From Thermoproteus tenax Kra 1 (lineage in GTDB: Archaea > Thermoproteota > Thermoprotei > Thermoproteales > Thermoproteaceae), in assembly GCF_000253055.1 (NCBI RefSeq), contig NC_016070.1, positions 1,410,001 to 1,442,000 of the forward strand: DNA of 32,000 nucleotides, written 5' to 3'. A program made the position numbers and the translations under genes. The notes beneath the pieces were generated by a model. That model did no database searches and was not told the origin of the DNA. It worked only from the letters and a program-made list of their open reading frames with translations. Shown in pieces: positions 9,280-17,946 of this stretch. Position 1 is the stretch's first letter, and each line of letters begins with the position of its first letter.

Positions 9280-9686
9280 CAGCTGCGACGAGAACAGATC
9301 AGCCATTCGCCGAGTCGCTCAGCAACGATAATATCGGCATACTGGGCGAGGCGTAACGCCTCTCTCAAGTCGTCAAATAGCGTTATGGCCAACGCCGTAT
9401 GGAATGAGGCAGGCCGCAGCGGCGGCAACGTAACGTCTGCGACCAGGTAATCTGCGTTAGGGCCTCGCTCAAGCGCCCTCTTCAACATGCCTAGCGATAT
9501 ATCCAAACATAAAACATAGCGTGGGTAGAGCGCGGATATCCCCAACCCGGTGCCACATCCCGCGTCTAGAACCCTGTCGCCTCTCACATAGGCCAACGAT
9601 TTCAAGTATTTCACTATCTGCTCACCGCCGTAGAGGTCGTCGTAGACCTCGGAGAGGTTGTCGTAATACTCTATCAGATCTCTCAC
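9225..9686 (-). CDS. Small class I SAM-dependent methyltransferase
   Basis: [11 protein letters not shown] is motif I. The start overlaps the tyrS stop by 4 nt. The last ~18 codons run antisense through the rnz 3' end. Confidence 0.7.
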   Translation of the reverse strand: MRDLIEYYDNLSEVYDDLYGGEQIVKYLKSLAYVRGDRVLDAGCGTGLGISALYPRYVLCLDISLGMLKRALERGPNADYLVADVTLPPLRPASFHTALAITLFDDLREALRLAQYADIIVAERLGEWLICSRRSCQNLTKTQSPSSGITTKL

Positions 9687-10801
9687 CTCGTTATCACTAG
9701 ATCCCTCATTTCCTCCAATATGCTAGAGCCGGGGCCCGTGAAGTACTCCCGCACGGGCCTCAAAGCCTCCGTGAGTGCACTGGCCGTGGCCGCCTTGAGG
9801 TCGGCTGGATGTATTTGCCCGGCTACGTAGGCCCGCTCGAGTTCCTCATAGCTCCAGAACTCCAGCGGTCCTCCATACTTGGCAGGTCTCTCGATTATAA
9901 ACGGAGTTTTTCTCTCCTCTCTAAACGCCGCAATCCTAAGTATCTCCAACACGGGGTTATATTCGGCGTCTCTAGGCGGGCAGTACGCTCTAGAGATCTT
10001 CTCTTTGATCGCCTCAGGCGGATCGTGAACAAATATGGCGCTCTGGGGTATCGATTTCGACATCTTTAACTCGCTTAGCTCCTCCTTGCTTTTAGGTCTC
10101 TCAGATATATTCAATGCAGGCAACAATCTATGGTGGAGGGCCACCGGCTTTATCCTCCTGCCGTCGACTGTGAGCGGATAAAAGCGTATCTTAAGCGCGA
10201 CCTCTCTGGCCAATATGTGGGCCCTTCGCTGGTCTATGCCACCATGTGGTATATGAGCCTCTAAGGCGAAGACGTCGGCTACTTGAAGCGGCGGATAGAC
10301 TAAATACGCCAACGGCACCGACTCGCCCATCTTTCTGCCCAAGATCGTCAAACTGTGTCTCACCTCGGAGAGAGTCAAGTTTCTGACTATATCCATCAGA
10401 AGGAACCAGTATTCGTCATTGTTATGGTAGAGATCCGAGCCCAACACGAATCTGACGCCGTCGGGCTCGCCTCCCAGAGACTCTATTATCTTTTTGAAAG
10501 TTTCCTTGTAGTATGTCACAGCAACTTTACGTATTAGATCGAGATCTCCTCCAAGTTTATTGTTAAGCCACGAATGTATATCTGCTAGAAATATCGTCGG
10601 CTTAACGCCGGCCTTCTGCAAGTCGACGACCTTGGCCATGCTGACTAGGCCCGTCCCTATGTGGATGTAGCCCGATATCTCGAACCCTATGTAATGGTTC
10701 AACTTATATCCTGACTGAAAGTACTCCCTCAACTCGTCTAAAGTCAAGACCTCCTCTGTGGGATACCGCATTACCAAGCGTAGTCTCTCCTCTACATCCA
10801 C
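9683..10801 (-). CDS. tyrS: Tyrosyl-tRNA synthetase (archaeal type)
   Basis: HIGTG (HIGH-like) and KMSKS motifs are present. The C-terminal block [32 protein letters not shown] parallels the M. jannaschii TyrRS sequence as I recall it. A GTG at 10801 ([10 protein letters not shown]) lies 24-25 nt from a TATA-like TCTTTTAATC. The longest ORF starts at the TTG at 10810. Confidence 0.85.
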   Translation of the reverse strand: MDVEERLRLVMRYPTEEVLTLDELREYFQSGYKLNHYIGFEISGYIHIGTGLVSMAKVVDLQKAGVKPTIFLADIHSWLNNKLGGDLDLIRKVAVTYYKETFKKIIESLGGEPDGVRFVLGSDLYHNNDEYWFLLMDIVRNLTLSEVRHSLTILGRKMGESVPLAYLVYPPLQVADVFALEAHIPHGGIDQRRAHILAREVALKIRFYPLTVDGRRIKPVALHHRLLPALNISERPKSKEELSELKMSKSIPQSAIFVHDPPEAIKEKISRAYCPPRDAEYNPVLEILRIAAFREERKTPFIIERPAKYGGPLEFWSYEELERAYVAGQIHPADLKAATASALTEALRPVREYFTGPGSSILEEMRDLVITR

Positions 10802-10871
10802 GTGCTTCAAAGAGCCACTAGATTAAAAGATTGAGTCATGAAAGTTCTTAACTACTCTGTGGACTTGCGCC

Positions 10872-11303
10872 ATGCCTGTTGCCGAGGATGTGATAATCGC
10901 GCGAGGTCACGTGAACATAAGGGCAACTAATCGACGGACGCTCGAGATAACTAAGGATCCCTATGTCACAAGCAGAGGCGACTGCATAGTGGCTTGTTGT
11001 GCCGACAAGGCCGGTCCGGACCTATCCCAGGAGGTTTTGGCTCTCTTGAGGTTGCGCGGCAATGTGATGGTCGAGATAGAGGTAGGCGGGCTCTCGGAGA
11101 TCATAATCGGCAAGACGCCCATGGCCGAACCCAGAAATCCGTACAGACTTGTGATCAGAAAGAGCAATTACGTCGATGACTCTACCTTGGCGGTGCAAGC
11201 CGATAAATCTGCCGCCGACCTTCCCCGACCTCTCGTGAGTCTGTTACGAAAGGGAATTATAGTGAGGGTTAAAGTAAGGGTATGGACATACGAGGGCTTT
11301 TAG
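10872..11303 (+). CDS. DUF371 family protein
   Basis: 143 aa. ARGHVNIRATNRRTLEITKD...SRGDCIVAC resembles the DUF371 pattern (GH.NI.A.H.TT.EiT....GDCI) recalled from memory. Confidence 0.55.
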   Translation: MPVAEDVIIARGHVNIRATNRRTLEITKDPYVTSRGDCIVACCADKAGPDLSQEVLALLRLRGNVMVEIEVGGLSEIIIGKTPMAEPRNPYRLVIRKSNYVDDSTLAVQADKSAADLPRPLVSLLRKGIIVRVKVRVWTYEGF

Positions 11304-11977
11304 TGAGAAAGGCCTTTCATATAATTGGAGTTATCCTATTGGCTACGCCCTTTTTGGCAGGGGTCTCTGAAAACTATATCTCGATCTACTATGCCCTATT
11401 GGCGTTAGTCGCTGGAGTGTTCTACTCTATACAGATCAAGAGACCTCAGCTCCTTCTGGAGTTGAGGGCAGATATCTTCAGGAGCCTTCAGAGCATGTTC
11501 GAGAACTTAGAGAGACTTGTGCCAGTACAGAGATCCGACTTGAAAATACAATATGACGAAATAATCATTATGATAGAGCGAGCTATCGAGGAGGCTGAGC
11601 GAGACTACGAGAAGCGCGGCGGCTATCTGGGGCTGTTGATGGGCGCCGTCGGCGTTCTTATATCCTATACTATATTTGGTTTTGTCTATCTGTTGCCCGC
11701 TATTATAGGCCTCGCTATATATGATACGTTCTCGGCTTTGGTGGGATCGGCGTTTGGCAGACACAGATTGCCGAGGGCTCACGCAACGGTAGAGGGCGTA
11801 TTGGGCGGATCTATTCCCACTTTTGTAGCGCTTATGTGGGCCAACTACGGCGTCTTGGGCTCGCTGATTATTACATTATTTGTCGTATTTGCCGAGGCGT
11901 ACGGAATAGAGGACAATCTAACTATACCCATAGCCGCCTCTCTGGCCGCCTTCTTAATGGCCAGAGCTCCTATCTGA
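11282..11977 (+). CDS. Polytopic membrane protein, CTP-dependent dolichol/phytol kinase or cytidylyltransferase superfamily
   Basis: Has multiple hydrophobic spans. AIYDTFSALVGSAFGRHRLP resembles the D..A..vG...G motif of the CTP_transf_1/dolichol kinase family. It overlaps the upstream ORF by 22 nt. Confidence 0.5.
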   Translation: MDIRGLLVRKAFHIIGVILLATPFLAGVSENYISIYYALLALVAGVFYSIQIKRPQLLLELRADIFRSLQSMFENLERLVPVQRSDLKIQYDEIIIMIERAIEEAERDYEKRGGYLGLLMGAVGVLISYTIFGFVYLLPAIIGLAIYDTFSALVGSAFGRHRLPRAHATVEGVLGGSIPTFVALMWANYGVLGSLIITLFVVFAEAYGIEDNLTIPIAASLAAFLMARAPI

Positions 11978-12308
11978 CGAAATAGAACCCCTTTGCTCTA
12001 ACGCCCATTCTCCTAGCCGTCTTGGCCAACTCGACATCATCTGTTAAAAGCACACAACCTGTGTCAAGAGCCAATGCGAGGAGAGAGAGATCTGCGTCGC
12101 TTAAGTTTGGCGCCCTCAACTTAAGCGGCCTCACCCTCTTGTCGTCGACCTCTACGACCTCAATCCCTAAAAGTTCAAGGGCAGCTTGAGCTCTGGGGTC
12201 TTTGACCTCGTCCGCCACTTGTTTAGTCGTTAACAGACGCGAGCCAGTGAATATCCTCATATCCCGCGCATGAAACAGCGCGCTTGAGTCTATTACGTAG
12301 CAACTCAT
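11970..12308 (-). CDS. PIN-domain nuclease, Nob1-like PIN without a Zn-ribbon
   Basis: 112 aa. VIDSSALF...TTKQVADEVKD...LSDADLSLLALALDTGCVLLTDD gives the acidic PIN residues in the Nob1-like order. The start overlaps the nadK stop by 4 nt. Confidence 0.6.
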   Translation of the reverse strand: MSCYVIDSSALFHARDMRIFTGSRLLTTKQVADEVKDPRAQAALELLGIEVVEVDDKRVRPLKLRAPNLSDADLSLLALALDTGCVLLTDDVELAKTARRMGVRAKGFYFVR

Positions 12309-13033
12309 AGAGATATGAGGCGTTGACTTACTCGCTCATAATAGTCGAATTCGCCGAAAACGGCCAGATGTAGTCTCCTATCGCTTTTATTCACTACGAA
12401 CTCTCTGCCGTGCTCCTCCTCGTATCCGTCGCACGAGAGTTCGGCGTCGTTATACGTAGTGATCTCTATTGTCTCTGGCGGAACGACCAGAGGTCTTAAA
12501 TACAGAGTATATGGTGCAATAAACGAAATAATGAGGGCATCAAGCTTGACGTCCACTATGGGTCCGCCCGCCGAGACGGCGTAGCCCGTGGAACCGTGAG
12601 GAGTCGCTATCACAACGCCGTCGGCTCTTCCGCTTATAGAGAAAGAATTGCTCGATATTTTAAACATTAATAATTTTTTATAATTTAAATTTCTAATTAT
12701 TATTTCGTTTAATGCAAAACATTTCTTTGTATTTATTAATGAAAAATCTATTATATTGTAATTTTCTGCTGCAATCCGCTTAGCGATTTCCTCGAAGGAC
12801 ATCTCACCAACTCTTACAGTTCTATAGAAATTTATACGGCCGCCGCCGATATGAAAAACCAGCGAGTCTAATACGCAAGGGTATCTATGTATCGTCTCTA
12901 ACAACGTACCATCGCCGCCTAGAACCACGACCTTCTCTGGCTTATTAGAGCAGTCGAGCTCCGACGCGTTCAGCAGCGACTTCAGCTTCCTTGCCGCGTC
13001 GGCTAGATCGGCTCTATACGTTATTGCGATCAC
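12305..13033 (-). CDS. nadK: NAD kinase
   Basis: Carries the motifs VVLGGDGTLL, ALNE and GSTGYAVSAGGPIV. The longest ORF (to 13156) would run antisense across tRNA-Ser. The GTG at 13033 (vIAITYRAD) is about 22 nt from TAAATTTAAG. Codons spanning 12655-12768 are extremely AT-rich. Confidence 0.85.
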   Translation of the reverse strand: MIAITYRADLADAARKLKSLLNASELDCSNKPEKVVVLGGDGTLLETIHRYPCVLDSLVFHIGGGRINFYRTVRVGEMSFEEIAKRIAAENYNIIDFSLINTKKCFALNEIIIRNLNYKKLLMFKISSNSFSISGRADGVVIATPHGSTGYAVSAGGPIVDVKLDALIISFIAPYTLYLRPLVVPPETIEITTYNDAELSCDGYEEEHGREFVVNKSDRRLHLAVFGEFDYYERVSQRLISL

Positions 13034-13103
13034 GTAGATAACAATGTGCCTTAAATTTACGCTTAAGAAAAAGATTAATATCAAGCTATAGGCTAATCTG
13101 GAA

Positions 13104-13187
13104 GCCGGGGTGGCCGAGCGGCCCAAGGCGCGGGCCTGGAGAGTCCGTCCCCGCAAGGGGGCGTGGGTTCAAATCCCACCCCCGGCG
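13104..13187 (+). tRNA. tRNA-Ser (anticodon GGA), class II, no intron, CCA not encoded
   Basis: Folded by hand. Acceptor GCCGGGG/CCCCGGC. Anticodon stem CGGGC/GTCCG with loop CTGGAGA. Long variable arm CCCC-GCAA-GGGG. T arm GTGGG-TTCAAAT-CCCAC. Discriminator G. Confidence 0.93.
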
Positions 13188-13249
13188 TGAACATCCCTTG
13201 AATTTTAGTAAGTGCTAAACCCTAATTTGAACCCAGTGAGAGAATAGTA

Positions 13250-13334
13250 TGCGGGGGGTGGGATTCGAACCCACGCAGGCCTACGCCACAGGGTCTTGAG
13301 CCCTGCCCCTTTGACCTGGCTCGGGCACCCCCGC
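13250..13334 (-). tRNA. tRNA-Leu (anticodon CAA), class II, no intron, CCA not encoded
   Basis: The reverse complement folds as follows. Acceptor GCGGGGG/CCCCCGC. Anticodon stem CAGGG/CCCTG with loop CTCAAGA. Long variable arm. T arm GTGGG-TTCGAAT-CCCAC. Discriminator A. Confidence 0.93.
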
Positions 13335-13358
13335 CTGTCTAGTATTTTCTCCTCAGGA

Positions 13359-13859
13359 TTAAAATGTTTTCTCGCAACGCACATCCCTCTGTAATGCCTC
13401 CTTTACTGTAGTTCGCAGGCCGCGCCAATGGCTACCCTCCCAATATACTGAGCCACAATTGGGGCAGATCCAGCATCTGTTTGAGTATATTTTATGGCCC
13501 ACTAAAGCCTCAGCATCGCTACACGGCGCCTCTCTAAGGACTGTATTGCACTTAGGACATCTGCTCTCGACAAAAGGCTTCACATTCAACAGATGGATCA
13601 AGGCCGAGAGCCACTCCACATGGTCCTCGGTCAAGAGAAGGAGGGCGGGGCCGCGCCTCCTCTCGAACAACGCTCTATCTCTGGTGACTAACAGACAGCT
13701 GGTTCTAGCTAGCTCCTCGTCGGGGGCATCGCCGTACGCGGTATCTATGCCTATGATCCTCAGCCATCTGGCCAACCACCCCAACATTGCGTCGACGACG
13801 ACACAATTGGGCGCTGCACCGCCTTTGTAGCGACAGACCTCCCTGGGTCTCCGCGCCAT
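13359..13859 (-). CDS. Mut7-C RNase domain (DUF82) protein with C-terminal Zn-ribbon
   Basis: VVDAMLGWLARWLRIIGIDT...LVTRDR is PIN-like Mut7-C, followed by CPKCN...CPNCGSVYWEGSHW. The start is placed at the Met at 13859 (MARRPRE) to avoid overlap with the upstream gene. The longest ORF reaches 13937. Confidence 0.72.
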   Translation of the reverse strand: MARRPREVCRYKGGAAPNCVVVDAMLGWLARWLRIIGIDTAYGDAPDEELARTSCLLVTRDRALFERRRGPALLLLTEDHVEWLSALIHLLNVKPFVESRCPKCNTVLREAPCSDAEALVGHKIYSNRCWICPNCGSVYWEGSHWRGLRTTVKEALQRDVRCEKTF

Positions 13860-13876
13860 GTCCGATGAGGGGGTCG

Positions 13877-15751
13877 TCACCAAGTTGAAAACATGGCCTT
13901 TATTTCTTCCCACGGCATTGGCTCGCCGGAGCCCCATTCCTGCACGCTGGAGGGCCCCGGCAACGCCATCACGAGGTCATCCAGGAGCCCCTCGGCGTCT
14001 AATCTCTTGGCTATATCCTTTGCCACCTTGCCTTTCTCAGAGGAGCCGGGGGTTACTACTACGTACCTATGGGCCAACATCTTGATCGACTTCTCAGGGG
14101 CCACCACTACACGTTTTATGTCTCCGTCTCTCCTTACGCCTATCGCCAACTCCAATCTGACGTGTCTTATGTAATTCCTGGTCCCATAGATCATGAAGGA
14201 GCCTCTGGCCAGATACTCCCCTGAGGGCGGCTGCTTGCTCACTTGGCTACCAAACACATAAAATACGTCGATTGAGTGTATGCCGGCCTTCCAAGCCTTG
14301 CTGTAGGACGCCGCAAACTGCGCTACCTCTAATAGCTCTAGTTGATCCTCAATGGGCCTTGTTATGACGACAGAGGCGCCGGGTATGTCCGCGTGAAAGA
14401 AGAGGTAGTTATCCCTCAGGTATTTCTTGACCAATATCTCGTTCTGCGAGGCGTCCCTCCCCCCGAGGACCGGGGTCTTTCTGCTGGTCGCAGTCCACCG
14501 GTATCTCTCGAACCACGACCTCTCCGCAACTCTCACGACTCCCTCCTTAATGGACCTCTCCAGCTCGGCTCTCTGTTCCTCCAATCGCTCTAACTCAGCC
14601 CTCAACCTCCTAAGGGTCTCCTCAGCTTTTTCAGCCTTCCTGAGATACTCTTTGGCCTTCTCGAACATAGACGATATCTGTTTCCCCACCGGCAGATCCA
14701 ACTTTACAACGAACTTAATGCCTGAGGTCTCCAATACGGCCTCCCTCCTCTTTCTGTCTACGTCAATTATACGTATACTTTCATTTTCGACATCGGTTGC
14801 AGTATTCAAACGGCCCATCAAGTCCTCCAGCTCGTACTTAATGTTCATCATAGTCTGGGCAATTCTCCTTAGTTCCTCCCCCTTCCTTCTATATTCCTCT
14901 ATTTCGACCTCAAGCGATTTTATTGTCTGCTCCAACTTCTGCCTCCTACTTGTGATGTTAGCAGTTTTCTTTTCGACGGCTTTCCTGAGCTCGATCTCAA
15001 TGAAGTATTTATCCAGGGCCTTCCAGAACGTGTCGAACTCCTCCGTTGCGTCCGCGTTGATTGAGATAAATCTGATGGGAGTTACGGTGACAGGCACGCC
15101 GTTTAAGACATACAGTGTAGGTCTCAGTTGGCCCAACGTGACCTCTCGTATTAGCTCCTCCAACACCGCGAGGGCCCTATCGGCGTTGCCCGAGGACCTC
15201 TGATAGACCTCCTCGGCGACCTCAGGCCCCAACCCGAGCTCTCTGGAGAGGGCCCTCCTCAAGTCTTTCCCCTCAGCTAGAGCTCTCAACGCAGCGTCCC
15301 TCTGGGCCAGGGGGTCGACGTAGGGCATGGGAGGATACGAGTAAGGCACGCCTGTTTTCAACTCTCTATCCTTACCCCTATAGTAGTGGTCCAGCCAGAC
15401 GATCTTGCCGCCTTTGACGGCTATCAAGTTGAAGGGCTTCAGCAGTTCCGCGATCAGGTCGACTTCACCGAACTTGAGCACCAAGATCTTGTCGAATCTC
15501 GGCACTGTTACATCGTCCAGCTTTTCATCGCGCAGGAGCCCCCTTAGCGTCTCGGCCCCTCTGTAGTCTCTCTCCCCCAACACTCCCGTCAACGACGCTC
15601 TGGTCTCGTCGATTATTAGATACGACCCTCCGGCGAACTTAAAGAGGTACCCCGACGGCGTTTTGTAAATGTTCTCCACGCGTCTGCCGATCAAATTCCT
15701 CATCTCTCTCGCCGAGGCGTAAAGATCGACTATCGTGAGAGACGTCTTCAT
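13877..15751 (-). CDS. NFACT-family protein (archaeal Rqc2/RqcH/FbpA homolog)
   Basis: 624 aa. It has an NFACT-N-like N-terminus, a long central coiled coil (LRRLRAELERLEEQRAELER) and a DUF814/NFACT-R block GGRDASQNEILVKKYLRDNYLFFHADIPGASVVI. Confidence 0.8.
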   Translation of the reverse strand: MKTSLTIVDLYASAREMRNLIGRRVENIYKTPSGYLFKFAGGSYLIIDETRASLTGVLGERDYRGAETLRGLLRDEKLDDVTVPRFDKILVLKFGEVDLIAELLKPFNLIAVKGGKIVWLDHYYRGKDRELKTGVPYSYPPMPYVDPLAQRDAALRALAEGKDLRRALSRELGLGPEVAEEVYQRSSGNADRALAVLEELIREVTLGQLRPTLYVLNGVPVTVTPIRFISINADATEEFDTFWKALDKYFIEIELRKAVEKKTANITSRRQKLEQTIKSLEVEIEEYRRKGEELRRIAQTMMNIKYELEDLMGRLNTATDVENESIRIIDVDRKRREAVLETSGIKFVVKLDLPVGKQISSMFEKAKEYLRKAEKAEETLRRLRAELERLEEQRAELERSIKEGVVRVAERSWFERYRWTATSRKTPVLGGRDASQNEILVKKYLRDNYLFFHADIPGASVVITRPIEDQLELLEVAQFAASYSKAWKAGIHSIDVFYVFGSQVSKQPPSGEYLARGSFMIYGTRNYIRHVRLELAIGVRRDGDIKRVVVAPEKSIKMLAHRYVVVTPGSSEKGKVAKDIAKRLDAEGLLDDLVMALPGPSSVQEWGSGEPMPWEEIKAMFSTW

Positions 15752-15767
15752 TCCAGCCGGAGGGAGA

Positions 15768-16601
15768 TCAGACTAGGCGTATGCCGTATTTTTCAAGGAT
15801 ATCCTTCATAAACAACGCATCTTGGTCCAATAGGGGGGACTCGCACACTATGGATATATTGATCTCTCTAACGCTCAACTCCTTGGCGAGAGGCTCGAAC
15901 GGAGGCCTGTTGACTGAGACGGGCTCATGCTCGTCGACATATCTCCCATTTCTGTATTTAACTGAGGTAAAGTGGGTATGCATAACTTCTTCGCCGAACG
16001 TGTCCTTCCACAGATCTAGGACGCTACCGTAATCGATCGACCCCCCGTTGCGCGCGAAGAGGTGGCCCCAGTCTACGACGGGTCTCACGCCCCTAAGCTC
16101 CTTGGCAAGCCCGAACGTCTCCTCAATGCTGCCGAACTGGTTGTTCCTCGCCGTAATCTCGACTCCGAGCACCACATCGTTTATGCCCTCCTCCTTCATG
16201 GAGTCCAGGAGTTCTCCGAGCCTCATCCTTACGTTATCGTAACATACATCGGGCCCTCCTTTACCGTAATAGGCAGCGTGAAATACTACTATCCAGGCGC
16301 CCATCCTATGGGCTCTATCGACAGAATCCCATAGCCTCTTCATCGAGGCCTCCACCTTCTCTTTATCGTCCGAGCAGAGGTTTATGAAGTAGGGCGCGTG
16401 GACGGACAACCTCACTCTAGCCTCTCTAGCCACCTCGCCCACCTTTTCGGCGGCCTCTGGGCTCATCCTCACTCCTTGGACAAACTCTACCTCCATTGCG
16501 TTCAAGCCCAACTCTCTGACCACTCTGACGCCGTCAGCTGTATCCTTAGCCTTTTTGATAAACTTAGGAATTCCAGCGGGGCCCAACCAGACCTTAGCCA
16601 T
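15768..16601 (-). CDS. nfo: Endonuclease IV-like AP endonuclease (xylose isomerase-like TIM barrel)
   Basis: LSVHAPYFINLCS and VVFHAAYY resemble Nfo metal-site motifs. The start is set at MAKVWLGPAG (16601), 26 nt from the shared TATA. The longest ORF reaches 16640. Confidence 0.68.
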   Translation of the reverse strand: MAKVWLGPAGIPKFIKKAKDTADGVRVVRELGLNAMEVEFVQGVRMSPEAAEKVGEVAREARVRLSVHAPYFINLCSDDKEKVEASMKRLWDSVDRAHRMGAWIVVFHAAYYGKGGPDVCYDNVRMRLGELLDSMKEEGINDVVLGVEITARNNQFGSIEETFGLAKELRGVRPVVDWGHLFARNGGSIDYGSVLDLWKDTFGEEVMHTHFTSVKYRNGRYVDEHEPVSVNRPPFEPLAKELSVREINISIVCESPLLDQDALFMKDILEKYGIRLV

Positions 16602-16621
16602 CAATAAAATCCCACGATCCC

Positions 16622-16631
16622 CCTTTAAAAA
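16622..16631. promoter_or_regulatory. Shared bidirectional TATA element (CTTTAAAAAG) for nfo-like and truD
   Basis: It is centred about 26 nt from the ATG at 16601 (minus strand) and about 26 nt from the ATG at 16653 (plus strand). This fits leaderless transcripts in both directions. Confidence 0.45.
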
Positions 16632-16652
16632 GAAGTACAAATGTGTTCTCGC

Positions 16653-17888
16653 ATGATACCAGCGCCTGAGTTTGATAGATCATTGGGCATAGAACTGTAT
16701 ATGACTGACACAGAGCCGTGTGGGGGCAGGATTAAGGAAAGGCCAGAGGACTTCATCGTAGAAGAGGTCTTGGAGGGCGGACATTTGATTGCAATCTCGG
16801 GAGCTGAGCTGCCGCGCTCAAGGCCTGGGCCTTGGTTGCTTGTCCACGTAGTTAAACGGGATGTGGACACGTTGAAGCTTATAGAGGAGCTGAGAAAAAC
16901 GCTGAAGCTCAAGGGGGACGAGATTAAAATCGGCGGTATAAAGGACGCGAGAGCTGTGGCGTCCCACGTGATCTCTCTTTACAAAATAAGGCCAGAGGAT
17001 CTTCCCAGGATACCTGGCGTCGTCTACAAAGACTTCGCCTATGCTGACGCCCCTATAACTCCAGCGAGGATAGAAGGTAATAAATTCACAGTAGTAATCC
17101 GAGAGACCGACTGTGGTTGCGCGCTTAAGACGGCCGAGCTTCTGCGGAATGTCCCCATAGCTAACTACTACGGCTATCAGCGCTTCGGCACAATAAGGCC
17201 GACCTCTCACCTCTTGGGACGCGCCTTAGTGAAGAGGGATCCTGAAGAGTTCCTCAACGTAATGTTCTGTAAAATCTTCGAGGGAGAGTCTGAGTTGGTT
17301 AAGGAGGCTCGCCTTCTGGCATGTCGCGGCGACTACGACAAGGCCTTAGAAAAAATGCCGAAGTCCATGCTTGAGGAGAGGGCCCTTCTCAAAGCTCTGT
17401 CCTCAGGCCAGAGCCTGTGGAACGCCATAGCGGCGATTCCTCGCAATATTCTCAAAATATACCTAGAAGCGTATCAAGCGTATCTGTTCAATAGGATGTT
17501 GTCGTTAAGGCTGAGAGAGGGGATTGCCACTATGCCAGATGACTTAGTGATGTTGGGGAACTATCCAATATTGGCATCTCATGCCGGCGGCGCGGGTATA
17601 CCGGTTTTGCCGGTACCGGGCGCCGGCATCGTAGTGCCCGAGAGCAGAGCGAGGGAGTACCTCAGGAAGATCCTCCGCGAGGAGGGCCTAGAGCTTCAAG
17701 ACTTCGCCGCAGTTAGAGTGAGCGTGTCCGGCTCCTACAGAAGGGTCTTCGTAGAGCCTAGAGATCTAGCCTACAGTTGCAAGGGCGGTGAGATGACAAT
17801 ATCGTTTATATTGCCCAGAGGTAGCTATGCGACTTTGATACTTAGAGAGATCGTAAAGCCTCGGACGCCCCATCTGCACGGCTTCTAG
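16653..17888 (+). CDS. truD: tRNA pseudouridine(13) synthase TruD/Pus7 family
   Basis: Contains GGIKDARAVASHVISL (catalytic Asp context) and ANYYGYQRFG. The start is set at the second ATG (MIPAPEF) from TATA spacing. The longest ORF begins at 16641. Confidence 0.85.
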   Translation: MIPAPEFDRSLGIELYMTDTEPCGGRIKERPEDFIVEEVLEGGHLIAISGAELPRSRPGPWLLVHVVKRDVDTLKLIEELRKTLKLKGDEIKIGGIKDARAVASHVISLYKIRPEDLPRIPGVVYKDFAYADAPITPARIEGNKFTVVIRETDCGCALKTAELLRNVPIANYYGYQRFGTIRPTSHLLGRALVKRDPEEFLNVMFCKIFEGESELVKEARLLACRGDYDKALEKMPKSMLEERALLKALSSGQSLWNAIAAIPRNILKIYLEAYQAYLFNRMLSLRLREGIATMPDDLVMLGNYPILASHAGGAGIPVLPVPGAGIVVPESRAREYLRKILREEGLELQDFAAVRVSVSGSYRRVFVEPRDLAYSCKGGEMTISFILPRGSYATLILREIVKPRTPHLHGF

Positions 17889-17946
17889 TGTGCCCTAGAC
17901 TGAGATAAGGGGAGAAAGAGATATAGGCCATGGAACTTCATCAGAT

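Noticed and set aside
13034-13156. N-terminal 41-codon extension of the nadK longest ORF
   Set aside because: It would run antisense across tRNA-Ser (13104-13187). The extension has no NAD kinase homology, and the GTG at 13033 has correct TATA spacing.
14790-14851. Canonical AUGAUGA plus UGAUGG on the minus strand inside the NFACT gene
   Set aside because: The expected D' and D positions read AGCU and CUGC rather than xxGA. The site lies in-frame in coding sequence, so this is likely chance.
14427-15203. 258-aa ORF antisense to the NFACT gene, plus other + strand ORFs between 13858 and 14593
   Set aside because: These are shadow frames of the coiled-coil-encoding region. They are Ser/Leu/Phe-rich, with no start context or promoter.
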